A stretch of 64,000 nt of DNA from Guillardia theta CCMP2712 (taxonomy: Eukaryota > Protista > Cryptophyta), in assembly GCF_000315625.1 (NCBI RefSeq), contig NW_005434612.1:329038-393037 (forward strand), written 5' to 3'. The notes under the pieces are model-generated. The model was not told the origin of the DNA, made no database searches, and was given only the letters and a program-made list of their open reading frames with translations. Below are positions 32,841 through 44,976 of the stretch, piece after piece. A program made the translations under genes and the position numbers. The first letter of the stretch is position 1, and each line of letters opens with the position of its first letter.

Positions 32841-33015
32841 ACGACAAATGCTCATGACGTCAGCCCTGGCAAGTTGAGCGAGGAGAGGAAACGGAGGAGG
32901 AGGAAGAGGAAGAAAGAGAAGGAGAGAGCAAGAGGAAGACAAGGAAGAGGGAGACGGAACTGAACTGTTGAAGACAAGTAAGGGAGGGCCATCGCTGACT
33001 TTCCTCCGAGCAAGC

Positions 33016-35222
33016 ATGTCTAGAACAATATCCGCCGCCTCCTCCTTGCAGCTTGTCTTGTTCGCTTTCGCCAGCATCCTGCCCATGACAGCGTCCCAGA
33101 CGCGTCAGACTGACGTTGAGTGGACGGGTCAGATCTTGAGCTACGAGGCCTTCAACGTGCATACCTTTGAAGTCTTTGCTGGTGCGAACGAGCTTGAGAT
33201 CAAGGTCAGGGCAAGGAAGCTCGCAGGCTTCCCCAGGCTGGGCCTGTGGCTGAGACAAGGCTCCGTCCCTACGTCCAACCAGCATCAGCTGCATGCTACC
33301 ATCAAGCGATTCGACCGGACGGGGAAGCACCAAGCGTTGCTCCGAGTTCAGAACCCAGTGGAAGGCCTGTGGTACCTCGCCGTCTCCTTCTTGTCTGGTC
33401 CGGGAGACTTTCGGATAGAGCGGAACGAGCATCGCTTCGTTAGCAACCAGGCCGATGCCGAGTACACGGTCAACGTTCACACTGAGGGCTGTGAGCGCGG
33501 GAGGTTTGGTTGGCCCAAATGCGATCAGAACTGGATGAGGCTGAGCTGGGGAGCAGAGGCCCTGTTCCATGGCGAGCTTGTCCCTGGGGGCGGCCGATGG
33601 GCCTGTAGCATGTACGAAGTCGCTCCTTACACGTCAAGAGTAGGCTTCTCCCTCGTGTCGTCTCAGAAGAAACAGGTTGGTATGATGTCTCCACAGCTGT
33701 ACATCAGGTACCACGGCTACCCGACGATATCCCAGCACGACGCGACAACGGCAGTGGGAGGCTCGACATGGGTCCCTTCGGTCGGCATCGACCTGCCGAA
33801 GGCCGGGACTTGGTACGTTTGCGTGCATTCTCAGCAAGAGGTCGCGAGGAAGGAGGAGGTGCAGGTGTCGGTGTCGGCGCAGGTGCTTCCGCACACAGAA
33901 TGCGTGGAGAGGAACGTCGTGTCCAAGAACGGGCAGAGCATCAAGCATCTGACGTACTGTGAGGACGAGGTGGAGAAGCTGCAGGTGCGGTACCACACGT
34001 CCTCCGCAGCGACCAAAGCGATGTCGTTCCCGGTCTTTGAGCCCAAGGACGCCAAGAAGGTCCTGCGGATCTCCAAGGGCTCTATGAGGTACTTTTCCTT
34101 CCATGTGGACCAGTCCCTCGTCGGCTTCACCCTCAGCATCTCCATCACCGCGGGTTCGGATCGGGACGAGGCCGTGGCCTACCTAAGGCAGCACTCCCTC
34201 CCGCAGACGACAAAGTACGACCTCAGGAAGGAGATGCACAAGGGCAGGCTTCGCTGGCCCATCCGCTTCCCGCCCTCTGGCCCGTGGTACCTCGGCCTGT
34301 ACGCCGCGTCCCCCATGCAGTTCACGATGAGGGTGGAAGTGGAGCCGTGCCCAGACGAGTGCTCCAGCCGAGGGCAGTGCGTCCTGAGGAACGAAGGCAG
34401 AGGCCTCACTGTTGGCCAGTGCTCGTGCAACTACGGCTACTCTGGCTCCTCCTGCGAGAAAGCGGCTGAGGACGTCTCAGCCATGAAGTACTATGGCTCG
34501 ATGCTCGTGGCGATGCTGTCGCCGATGCTGGCAGTCGCTCCTTCCATGTACTGCCTGTACCTGGAGAGATACATCGAGAGCCTCCTCTTCCTCGTCACCT
34601 CTGCAGCTGGGATCGCACGAGTTCTTTCAGGTACGATCCTGCCTCTCCTCTCTGCCTGTCACTCACCAGGCCCTCAGATCTCTTCGGCTTCTCCCTCGGC
34701 GGCTATTCCGTCTCCAGCATCGACAACGGCATGGTAGTCAACATCGTTGTCATCTGCGTCATCTCTGCCGCTGGCTTCAACAGCGAGCAGGGCCCTGCCA
34801 TCATGTTCGCCGTCACCTGCGTCAACTTCCTCCTCGACGCCTGGTTTCCCCTATGGTCGTCGATCCCCGAGATGAGCCTCTGTGCCGTTGCGCTCTGCCT
34901 CCCAGTCCTTGCTCTGAGGAGGCGCCTGTCCAAGAAGCCTGACGGGAGGAGCGGGCTGCAGGAGGAGGGGCTGCTGCAGGACCTCCACGTCATCTGGTTC
35001 TTCCTCGCCGTTGCTTTCTCCGTCCTGGCGTACATCGTGGCCTCCAACGTCAACAACGGATCGTTCATTCTCCTGCATGCTGTATGGAGGATCCTCCTCT
35101 ATCTCTCAGCCTGGTCTTTCCTCGTCAGCTGCTCTGCAACGACAGCGGCAGACGATGCTCCTGGGACCGAACGACTCTTGGGCAGTGAGTTCGTGTCCTA
35201 TGAAGGAGCTAATGGGATCTAA
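33016..35222 (+). CDS. TMEM8/PGAP6-like membrane protein (signal peptide, beta-sandwich repeats, EGF domain, 7-TM DUF3522-like domain)
   Basis: Three 'LYIR...P...G.WY' repeats. EGF 'CPDECSSRGQC...CSCNYGYSGSSC'. Multi-TM C-terminus containing 'LHAVWRIL'. One intron at about 34631-34677. Confidence 0.8.
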
Positions 35223-35751
35223 CGGGGAAGGCTCGGTGCTGCCGACCGAAGCTCTGCACCAAGGGGAGGAGAGAAGAGGGAAGGCAACGGGCCCTGCACC
35301 TTCGACAGAGACAGGCTGTTGCTCTCTTTCTTGAACTGAAACGCTAGAACAACCTTAACGAAAGCATCATGTACGCTTCTTGACAATAGTTCTGCCGCCG
35401 CCGAACTCTCTTCATCACTGAGCACATGAAAGAGAACTTGTCGGGAACAGTGAGTAGAACCGACGTCCTGCCATGATTCAGAGTCTTGTAGATCTGAGCC
35501 ATCTCGCTGCCAAGTTCGCCCTCGCCATGTTCCGTCGTACATTCCTCTACACCAAAATCACCCCCTGTTTCACAAAGAGGCATTGTACCCCTCCTGTATC
35601 CCTTTGATCACCCCTACTTTTACTAAGTAGTCTACCACCCCACCCCTCATTTGAATCATGTCTGCTGGGATCCAGTAAAAATCCACCTCTGGGCCAAACA
35701 GCAAGGGAGTGCGGGATCAGCGCATGGAGAAGGAGGGGAGAGGTAGTTGCG

Positions 35752-36469
35752 ATGGCTTCGGGGCTGCCTTGTGCTGGATGTCTGCTAGGTGCCCTCTGCT
35801 GGAACGCTCTGCTCTTGCCCCTCCTCTTCATGCTTCAGGGTCTAGACGGCATCTTGGCGCAGGAACCAATTGAGCTGGAGGTCTTACAACCTGGCCTTGG
35901 AGAGAAAATCAAGATGATTTCGAACGAAGGGACTACCCTCAGGTTCAGGTCAGAGGGACTGCGGGATAGATGTGAGCCTGCTGTGCTGCTTGTGAAGGCC
36001 ACGCCCACACTGATGCTGGTGACAGGCTCGGCACACTGGTTCGTGATAGAGGTGAACGGGGCGGAGGTCGATAGGATGACGTACTGTCACTGCGAAGACA
36101 AGTTTGTTTGCTTCATCAACATGTATGTCTTCAACCTGACTCCCGGGAACGTCTCCCTTGTCCTGAAGATATCGGACGACAAGAATGAGGTATCTGGAAG
36201 ATTTGATCGCACTCAAGGTATGTCCTAATCGAAATGTGGAGGTGAAAGCGATGACGGAGCATCACTTCGAAGTTATATCGATCATGTACGATACAAGCTG
36301 CGTCTGTCAGTTATTCATGCTGCCATTCCTCTTGTGTGACGGGAGCGCAGGTCAGCGAACAGAGTGTTTCTGCAGGTACAACTTCAAGGATTTGCACAAG
36401 CACAGCCTGGTCTGTAACTCAAACTCCTCCTGCGAGCTCAAAGGAAACGCGACCATGCCCAGCAGATGA
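35752..36469 (+). CDS. Hypothetical secreted protein
   Basis: N-terminal hydrophobic signal, beta-rich domain and short introns. No family recognised. Confidence 0.45.
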
Positions 36470-36473
36470 AGCT

Positions 36474-38433
36474 CTATCCTTCTGAAGACTCATCAGTAAC
36501 GTAGCCTGTAGAAGAAGCTACGAGATCACATGTCCCCTGTTGTCTGGCTCTTGCCGCCTTCATCTGCGCCATCTGCAGCGAAGCCTTCGCCTCGGCGTTC
36601 TGACATCCATGAGTTGGCAATGCTGTCGGCCCGAGCACCTCCACAAGGCATCGGATACCTTAGGATCCAGCTCCAACGCCCGAGCGAGAGACCTCCCAGC
36701 CTGGGAAGCCCATCAGCGGCTTCAGCGCTTGCATCGTCTAAACCTCTTCGTATCGATCCAGCGCTATTAGAGAAACACCGCGGCGAAAGTGACCCTTGAC
36801 CTGTCATGCATGAATCGGTTACATTCTTGCTCGTTGTGGGAGGCGGCAGGATCATTACGAATGATTCGTTCAGCTCGATGCACTTGTCCGCGTCAGCGAG
36901 CGCCTTGGCGGCCTTGTCGAGGAGATGAGAATCGAAGTGTGCGATAAGCTGTAACCAACCTGCCCGATCTTGAGGAAGCAAGCAGACCGATTTCCAAAGA
37001 TCGTGTGGTCCTTGTCATCCAGCTCCGCTGCTTCAGTGTAGTAAACAGCTGCTTGATGGAAATCTCCAGCTCGAAAGAACTCATTTCCCTGCCCAGGATT
37101 TAACTCGCTTTCAGCATCCTCCAGTCCCAGAATTTCGCAACCTTCTCTTTCTTAAATTTAGCCCTTGCTTGCGGGGTCAGGTCTGCTGCCTGGCCTTCAG
37201 AATGTCGAGAGGCTTCTGCCTTCTTTTGAAGGTCTTCCAAGCTTGCCACTGAATGAGATGGAGATTGTCATTGAAAGACAAGCACCTCTTCTTCTGATCC
37301 TCAGGCAAGCCTTTGCTCAGCAGGTCATTCGCCTACAGTCAAGGCAACCCCATCAGCAACTTGGTGTGACGCAAAGGACAGGAACCCACAAGCTTCTCCA
37401 TCGCCTCTGAGGTTTTCGCTGCTTCTGCTTCGAAAGAAGCTTGTTCTCTTACAGTAGTCGGGTAGTCATTGAGCAGGCGAACTATCTACAATTATGGATG
37501 AGCCGCACTTCCTCATCGGTTTACGGCGCTCACCCGTTCAGTCAACAACTTGCCATTCACAACACGCGTGATGTACTGGTCTGTCGTAGAGTTGATCTCG
37601 TCGTCTGGGAATTGGCGGCGCAATTCGTCGAGTCCTGGAACGACGTCAGATCGATCGTGAACTGAGGGGGTTTCGGAGGACCTGTCTGAAGCGGAGGAAA
37701 CTTGTCGTCTTTGAAGACCACCTGTAGATTATGCATCCCAGCCTGCACGAGACTACCGAAATCCTCCGACTTTTCCATCTCGATCTTCAATCCATCACAC
37801 AGGTCTTCTCACAGACTCAGGTTACTGGCGGCCACCACAAGGACTAGTGACGTACCGGTCTGGATTGTGCCGAGGTGGCATGCGCTTCTGATTTCACAGC
37901 TCTCGCACCGCCAAACCTCGAGCGTTGCTGTCGTGATCGCGCAATGGCTCATTTCAAACTTGCAGCCCCGACACCCTTCGATCAGCACCTGCGGAGACTT
38001 TCAGTCCTGCCACGTGGAATCGCATTCCAAGTCCTGCCTTGACTACCGTTGTGCCATCTGGTATGGTAATAGAGCAATCAGTACAATTCTTGAAGTGCAA
38101 GGCTGGCTTAGAGGGCAGATCCTCCTACGGTCAGCAACAACGAGTCACCGCACCGAAAGGGAGAAACAGGGGCGCAGTTCACACCTGGGACAGCACCAAA
38201 GTCTCTCTCGTCCGGTCCGATATGAAATGCTGAGCCACGTTCTCTTTCCCTTCTCGGTTCTTGAAGAATTCCTCCTTCGCCTGCAAAAGGAGTCAGCGCA
38301 AACTACCCTTGGCGCCTACCCCCACGTTCCACAAACAAGCCAAATCCTGTCAATTTCACGATTCTTGATGGAGAAGGGTTCTGCCCTAAGAGGAGTGGGA
38401 TCTTCATGCTATCCTTCCCCCGCGCACTGACAT
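36474..38433 (-). CDS. C-CAP/cofactor-C-like beta-helix domain plus TPR protein, about 12 small exons
   Basis: Spliced: 'LHFKNCTDCSITI...VLIEGCRGCKF...TLEVWRCESC...DQYITRVVNGKLLTER', then TPR 'KEK|GNEFFRAGDFHQAAVYYTEA...IFGNRSACFLK...ALADADKCIEL...KGHFRRG'. Confidence 0.75.
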
Positions 38434-39072
38434 CGTGACTTTATCTCTCCCCTCTTCCCCCTCCCTCCCCTTCCTTCTCCTGTTCGCATCCTCCGTGCGT
38501 TCCCACCTTGAGCAACTCTGCTGCCGCCATTTCGCCCTTTGCAAGCAAGCCCTCATCCCCACTCAAGACGGGCCCGGACAGGCGCTCGCCGGGTGGTGTC
38601 CATGATTACTCAAGTTGCACTCGGATGGCCGCCGGGCGGCGTCACTGGGTCCGTCGCAAACTTCATGAGCGTGCCTGAGTGAATTGGAAACGAAGGTAGC
38701 AGGTATGTGTTTTGATATTAAAGTATCAACTATTAAATGCTTGACCTTGAGCCATGGAGAACGCTCACTGCTGGAGAAGGGAGACGGAAGGACGGTGGGG
38801 GTAGGTAGAGATTTACGCACAGGACGTCCATGTGGGGAATATCAGGGGAAAGATGGGTGGGGTGGTATCAATGACTGTCAGGACCCGGTACGGAAAGAAT
38901 CAATCAGAGGGTGTTTGAGGGTGGCTGTGTCAAGACTATGACGGGGGTAGGGTTGTAAGAGGTCAATTGTTGATTTTCAATGGTCGAGCGCAGTGTTGGG
39001 ATTGCGGTAGGATGATGGAGACTGAGGAGAAGGGAAGAAGAAGAAGTAAAAGCAGAGGAGTAAGGAGAAGAG

Positions 39073-39237
<165 letters not shown>

Positions 39238-39560
39238 TGACAGAGGAGCAGAGAAGGAAACGGACCGAGAGGGGAGGAAGTGGTGGAGGGGGAGGGGGAG
39301 GGCTTGCAGTGTTGGCAAGGAGGAAGGATGAACGCGAGAGAGATTAGGGTATGATGAAAACGGACAAGAGGAGTGATTTTGGTCACGTGGAGCAATATGA
39401 TTCGCATTGCGACGATCTTAGCATACAACGTGAGCGTGATGTTAGAGAGATTCAGGAACGAAACTAATCTTCAGATACGCCCCCCATAGGGTCGCACAGT
39501 ACCTGCCAGCTTGTGACAGACGTATTCTGTTTGACTTCTCCCTTTCCTTTGGTGATTCAG

Positions 39561-42500
39561 ATGACTGGAGACAAGCATTCAATGCCGAGACTTTCAATCA
39601 GAAAATCTCTGAGGAAGATGAGCGGGAAGTCGGTGGAGGATGTAGTGAAGCAAGGTATTGCAAATGGACTACCACTGCCTGTCGTGAGAGATGTTGCTTT
39701 TGGCAGTGCAACGAATGCGCAGGAGAGTGAAGGGCGACGGACTATCTCAATCAGATCAGGTCGACAGAAAGTCAATAAGGGAATTGCAAGTCAAGATTTA
39801 TAAACGGCAGCGTATTCTTGCAATCTTGGCGTCATTAAGGTAGTGCAATCTATCATGGTTTTGCTCCTTTAAACTGTTGTGCGCAGCCTCTTGGGTGGAA
39901 TCATGGTCAATGAGATCTGTGCTGCTCCAGATTATTCGGATCATTTGCCAAATGCTGCCGAGCAGGCTTGGTTAGACAGTGCGAGTAGACCAGCAAGGCG
40001 ATGTAATAACAGTCTTGCTCACATCATCAAATTCTCGGAGACGATAATCACGTTGGTCATTTACGCAATAATCTTCAACAATTTTGCATTGGAAGCACAA
40101 GTCTTGGGGGTAAGAAAAAGCATAGAAAATAGGATGTCCAACATCTCGCACATAGAAGGAAACAATCAGCGACGATACCGCTTCAAGTGGACCTCGATTG
40201 CATTCCTGATAGTCCAACTGTTCATCAACCTGTTTCACACATTTCCGTTTGTGTATTTAGACATTCGGATGGAAATCCTTGGGACCAAGCTCTACTATCG
40301 ATTGGAGTCAATCATGTGTGCTTTGATGTTTCTGAGATTGTACCATATTTGGAACTGGCTAGAGAACGCGACCTACCTGCGATACTTCGACCTTGAGGTA
40401 GACGTGTGCTTGCGCTGAAGGCATTCGCTGATTGTATTTCTGTCAGGATTCTTACATGGTTGGTGATCATGCAACCATCGTAATGTCACAAGAAAGTGCA
40501 ACGTCTCATAGGACTCTGGCTTTCAAAGTTGCCATGACTCGGAATCCGGGATCCATCGTGCTCTTCGTCATGTTTCTGCTACTTGGAAGCATGTCATACA
40601 TCATGAGGATAGCTGAAGGACCGGCATACATGCCGCACAGCATATATATCTGGGATCAGATGTATGGAAACTTCTGACTGAAGATTTCAACTTGCTGATG
40701 CAATGCTGTACAGGTGGGTGATTTTGACACAGGCGACCACAGGTAATCTTGACTGGGAGAGCGGGCTGATGGTTGAGACCCTGTTGCAGGGTACAGTTCA
40801 TCTGTTCCGAAGACTCACATCGGAAGGATGGCTGCGGTGGTTGTCATGTTGTGGATGCCCCTTATCATCGCTTTCATCACTGCGAGTACCACCAAGAAGC
40901 TCAATCTCAATGCCGATGAAGAGAAAATGATGGTCTCGATCGACAACAACAGATTGAAGATGGCCGCCATGAGTTGTGCTGCAAGAGTTATTCAATTCTG
41001 GTGGAGAAACCTCACTGGGGTTTACCGTTCGAACAAAAGGAAATCGAATCCAACGTATAAAGAGCTGAAGCGGCTGGACCTGCTGCGGAAACTGTACAAG
41101 GTGAAGCATCAGCCGTTCGTCCAATTTTAAGCTGATTGTGTTTCAGGCTGGCGACAATCTGAGAAGGTCGAGCACTGCTCTTGTTCAACATTGCATCACA
41201 CTTGAATGATCCTGACTATTATTTCAGATTTTACCTCACGCACAAAAATGCTGTGAGGGAGGATCATGCAGGGCTGGGGGATCTGATTGGAAGGCCAACC
41301 AAGACAAAGGTGATTCAATGAACTTCTCGAGAAATCCTGTTTTCAATTGCTTACAGTCCTCTCTACCTGCCGCGAATCCGAATCGACTGTCAGAAATGAA
41401 ACTCCCTTCGAGACAGACTTCGGGTTCCACCGCAAACTTCTCGAGCTCTCAATATTCTCTTGATGACTTGGTGGATGAGATAAGAAGTCTCAAAGACAAG
41501 CATTCAAGGCTCGAGGCGCTTGTCTTGGAGGTGCTCACAGCAATGCTCTTGTTGACTTGTCCTGACTTTGTTCCTCAAGGTCCTAGGGAACTCAGAGAGG
41601 AACGCAGCAGAGCCTGAGATTCAACCTTCGCAGAGCAGAAGGAGTTCGTACATGAGCAAAGAGTCGAAAGATGAACTCCTCGAGTTCGCTAGAAAGGGCT
41701 CCTTCTCCTACAAACAGAACTTTCCAATGACGTCCAGCCAGCTATCCAACGATTCGAATCCTGAAATGGTCAACGAGGTCTTCAAGCTGCCAGCTCGCAG
41801 GATGTCGGAGCCCAGGGTCCCAGGTCCAGAGTTCCCGTCGATGTCACCCAGGCTCTTCTCAGCCAGCGAATCGGAGGAGGAGGAGGAGATCCGCCTCTCG
41901 AAGATGCTGCCCCCCAGGCAGCCACGGAGATCTAGCGATGCAGACGTGCGCAGCACGGCAACGAGTGTGGGAAAGGCAACCTCCGTCGATCTCAGAATGC
42001 TGGAGCCCTTGTCTCCGGGAAGGTTTAACAAGGCAGAGTTTCCCTCCAGGAGTGAGAGGTCCGACGCAGATCGCCTATCCCCGAGCAGGGACAACCGAAT
42101 GAGCATCCGAAACAAGCCTGTTTCGAGGACACGATCGAGATCCAGCTCTCCTAACAGGAGAGAGTCTGGAGGGAGGAACCCGCCGTCCCTCCTTCCCATC
42201 GAGACGAACGACGTCGATGATGTGGAGAGCGAGATACTGTTTACACGAGCAAGAACCTTGAACACCATGAACGGCAACCACTCCTCTGCCAAGATCATGA
42301 CGACCAAAGCAACGCCCATGACCATGACGCCGAGGCTGGTGGCCGCCCAGAAGCGAGCCATGGAGAAGATGCAGGGGAGCTCGCAGGAACAAAGCAGTCA
42401 ACGGATTTCCTACAGGTAAGACCCTGAGCTAGATCTTTTCTTCCAGGCCTACGGTTCTTATCCTCTTACTTGCAACTTGCAACAGGTCGATCTCGGCAGC

Positions 42501-42810
42501 TCCCGCCGACGTTTCAAGAACCACCAGCTACATGCCCAGCTACAGAGAGCCGACTCCTCGCACTGCCAACCTCTCGGCCTCCAGTCCTCGTCGATCACAG
42601 TCCACAGAAGATCCAGGGGACGATGTGTCTGCCAAGGTCATGTGGATGAGAACACAGATGTCAGCTCCCGGGCCTGGTTCTCAAAGGACTGACTCTCTTC
42701 CAATCACCTACCAGTCCTCATACACCTCCACCCGTTCGCTTGCAGAATCGCTCTTACAACGGAATCATCACATCCTCGGCCACAACGGCAGGGCCGGTCA
42801 CAACCTGTAA
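39561..42810 (+). CDS. SK/KCNN-like 6-TM potassium-channel-family protein, multi-exon, ends uncertain
   Basis: S4-like 'ALMFLRLYH', 'FKVAMTRNPG', S5 'SYIMRIAE', pore 'MWVILTQATT|GYSSSVPKTHIGR' and post-S6 'KKLNLNADEEK...AARVIQFWWR'. Long Ser/Arg-rich tail. Confidence 0.8.
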
Positions 42811-43946
42811 CACTTGGCTCATGCTGCGGGGCTACGTCACTATACCTTTCAGTCCGGAGGCCGAACCAGTTCAAAAACTTGCCGCAGTGCTTATGGAAGA
42901 TAGAGTAGTGAATAAAGTTTTCTAAAAGCAGATAGCCGTTTCCGTACGCATGAGGTCTCTGTGTCAGAACTCAGAGTGACTGACAAGCTTTGAAACTTTT
43001 CGAATTTGAGCTTTAAAAAAAAGTCGCTCTACACGCTCTACACGCCATTTTGAAGAGTCCTGATGGACGGTTACAGGGTCAATAACCTCCTTTTCTACCC
43101 TACCCCACACTAGACCATGAACAGTGGTTCATCACCGGTATAATGTACGTATAAAGTACCGGTAGTCATGAATTACATCCACCACCTCTCAACAGATATA
43201 TTTCGGCAGGGATAGAGCTTGATAAGGGGTACCAGGTATGACCCTTACCTACTCAGAAAGAGATTCTTTAAAGTACCGGTACTTTTGTATTAACTTTACT
43301 GGAAAAATAAGGGGTGAAAAGAAAATTCTCTGTACCCCTACCAATCTCTTGTGGCACGGCCTCTGGAGTACCCCACCCTACTATATTTCATCCGCCTCGT
43401 CACTCCATGGCGCTTACATTCTCCATGCTGCTCCAGCATCCGCCTCCCGCTCCCCCTGCCGCTGCCTCTATGCTCTCCTCCCTCCTCTCTTCTTTTCTGT
43501 GTTTCCTTGCTCCTCGATCTGCTTTCTCTTCCCTTCCACCCGTCTCCTCCCTCCCGCTCCATTCGTTTCCTTGCCCCCTCACTACTATCACTGACCTGCC
43601 CACTGCGACTGCTTTCCTTCCCGCCGTGCCCTCTGCTTCTTCTCGACCCATCCATCCATTATGATATCTCCTCTCTTTGTTTTGATCACCACAGTATCCC
43701 TCCGTCATTCACAGTTCCCTCCTATATCCCTCTCGCTTGACAACCTGGACTTCTTCTAGATACCTCTTGTTGTTCTTTCTCGCGTCCTCGCTACTTCTAT
43801 ATCATTACTTCCTAGTATTCCATCACTGCTGCCTTGACTTCTCATGACCTTCACTTGTGTTCTGGGGCCTGTCACCCTGTGATCTTCTGACGCTGATACT
43901 GCAGGCAGCCAGTCCTGAACCTCGTAGCCAGCACTTGTTCATTGCG

Positions 43947-44517
43947 ATGTCCTTGGAGAGAGAGAAGTACAGAAGCAAGGGCTTGAAGGAAGGCGACGAC
44001 GATGTCCGAGTATTCTTCAAGGATCCCTACAACGTGCGGGGCAAGGACAGGCTTCTCTGCTTCGTGAGCGAGCACACGGTGATACACTCTCTTACCTTGC
44101 GGTCGCCTCCTGTTGACCCAGCTGCTCCAGCGATACCCGTTCGTGGTGGTGTACAATGACGAGAAGTGGAACATGGAAAAGAGATTTAGCGACTTCGCGG
44201 AGCTGGACGCTCAGCTCGACGAGGCGTTCAAGAGCGACGACAACATCGTGGTAAGGAGGAGAGGAGCAGGGAGGAGGCAGAGGGAGCGCAACCACTCCTT
44301 GCGTGTGCTGCTTGCCCTGATGGACTGGTGGGATCCTGCTATGGCACTCTGATCGCTCTCTCTCGCAGTTGCCGGAGTTTCCCCCTAAGAAGTACTTCGG
44401 CAGCCTCAGCCCCGCGCTGATCAAGGAGAGGCAGGAAGCTCTCGAGAAGTACATGAAGGCCCTTGTCAAGGACTCCGAGGTGCCTCTTGCTGATCTCCTT
44501 CGTCTCTCTCCTCCTCC

Positions 44518-44551
<34 letters not shown>

Positions 44552-44976
44552 CTCTCCTCCTCCTCCTCCTCCTCCTCCTCCTCCTCCTCCTCCTCCTCCT
44601 CCTCCTCCTCCTCCTACCTCCTCCTCCTCCTCCTCCTCCTNNNNNNNNNNNNNNNNNNNNNNNNNNNNNNNNNNNNNNNNNNNNNNNNNNNNNNNNNNNN
44701 NNNNNNNNNNNNNNNNNNNNNNNNNNNNNNNNNNNNNNNNCAGCATCGTCCTACCCTAACGTGATCTTCTTCTCATATCAGATTGCTCTTGCAGCTGCAA
44801 AATAGTGCCTTCGTCACTCCCACCGGCCAACCCTCCCTCCTCCCTCCTCCTCCTCCTCCTCCTCCTCCTCCTCCTCCTCCTCCTCCGCCACTCTTCCTCA
44901 CTTCAATTGCCATCTCCAGCGTCAGCTCTTCGCCTCCTTCGAGGATGGGATCTTTGAGGCCAGTCATCGTCTCTAG
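43947..44976 (+). CDS. Small PX (phox homology) domain protein; 3' exons uncertain because of a gap
   Basis: 'WNMEKRFSDFAELDAQL...|LPEFPPKKYFGSLSPALIKERQEALEKYMKAL'. Confidence 0.8.
44641..44740. other. Assembly gap (100 N)
   Basis: Run of N following a (CT)n/(CCT)n tract. Confidence 0.99.
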
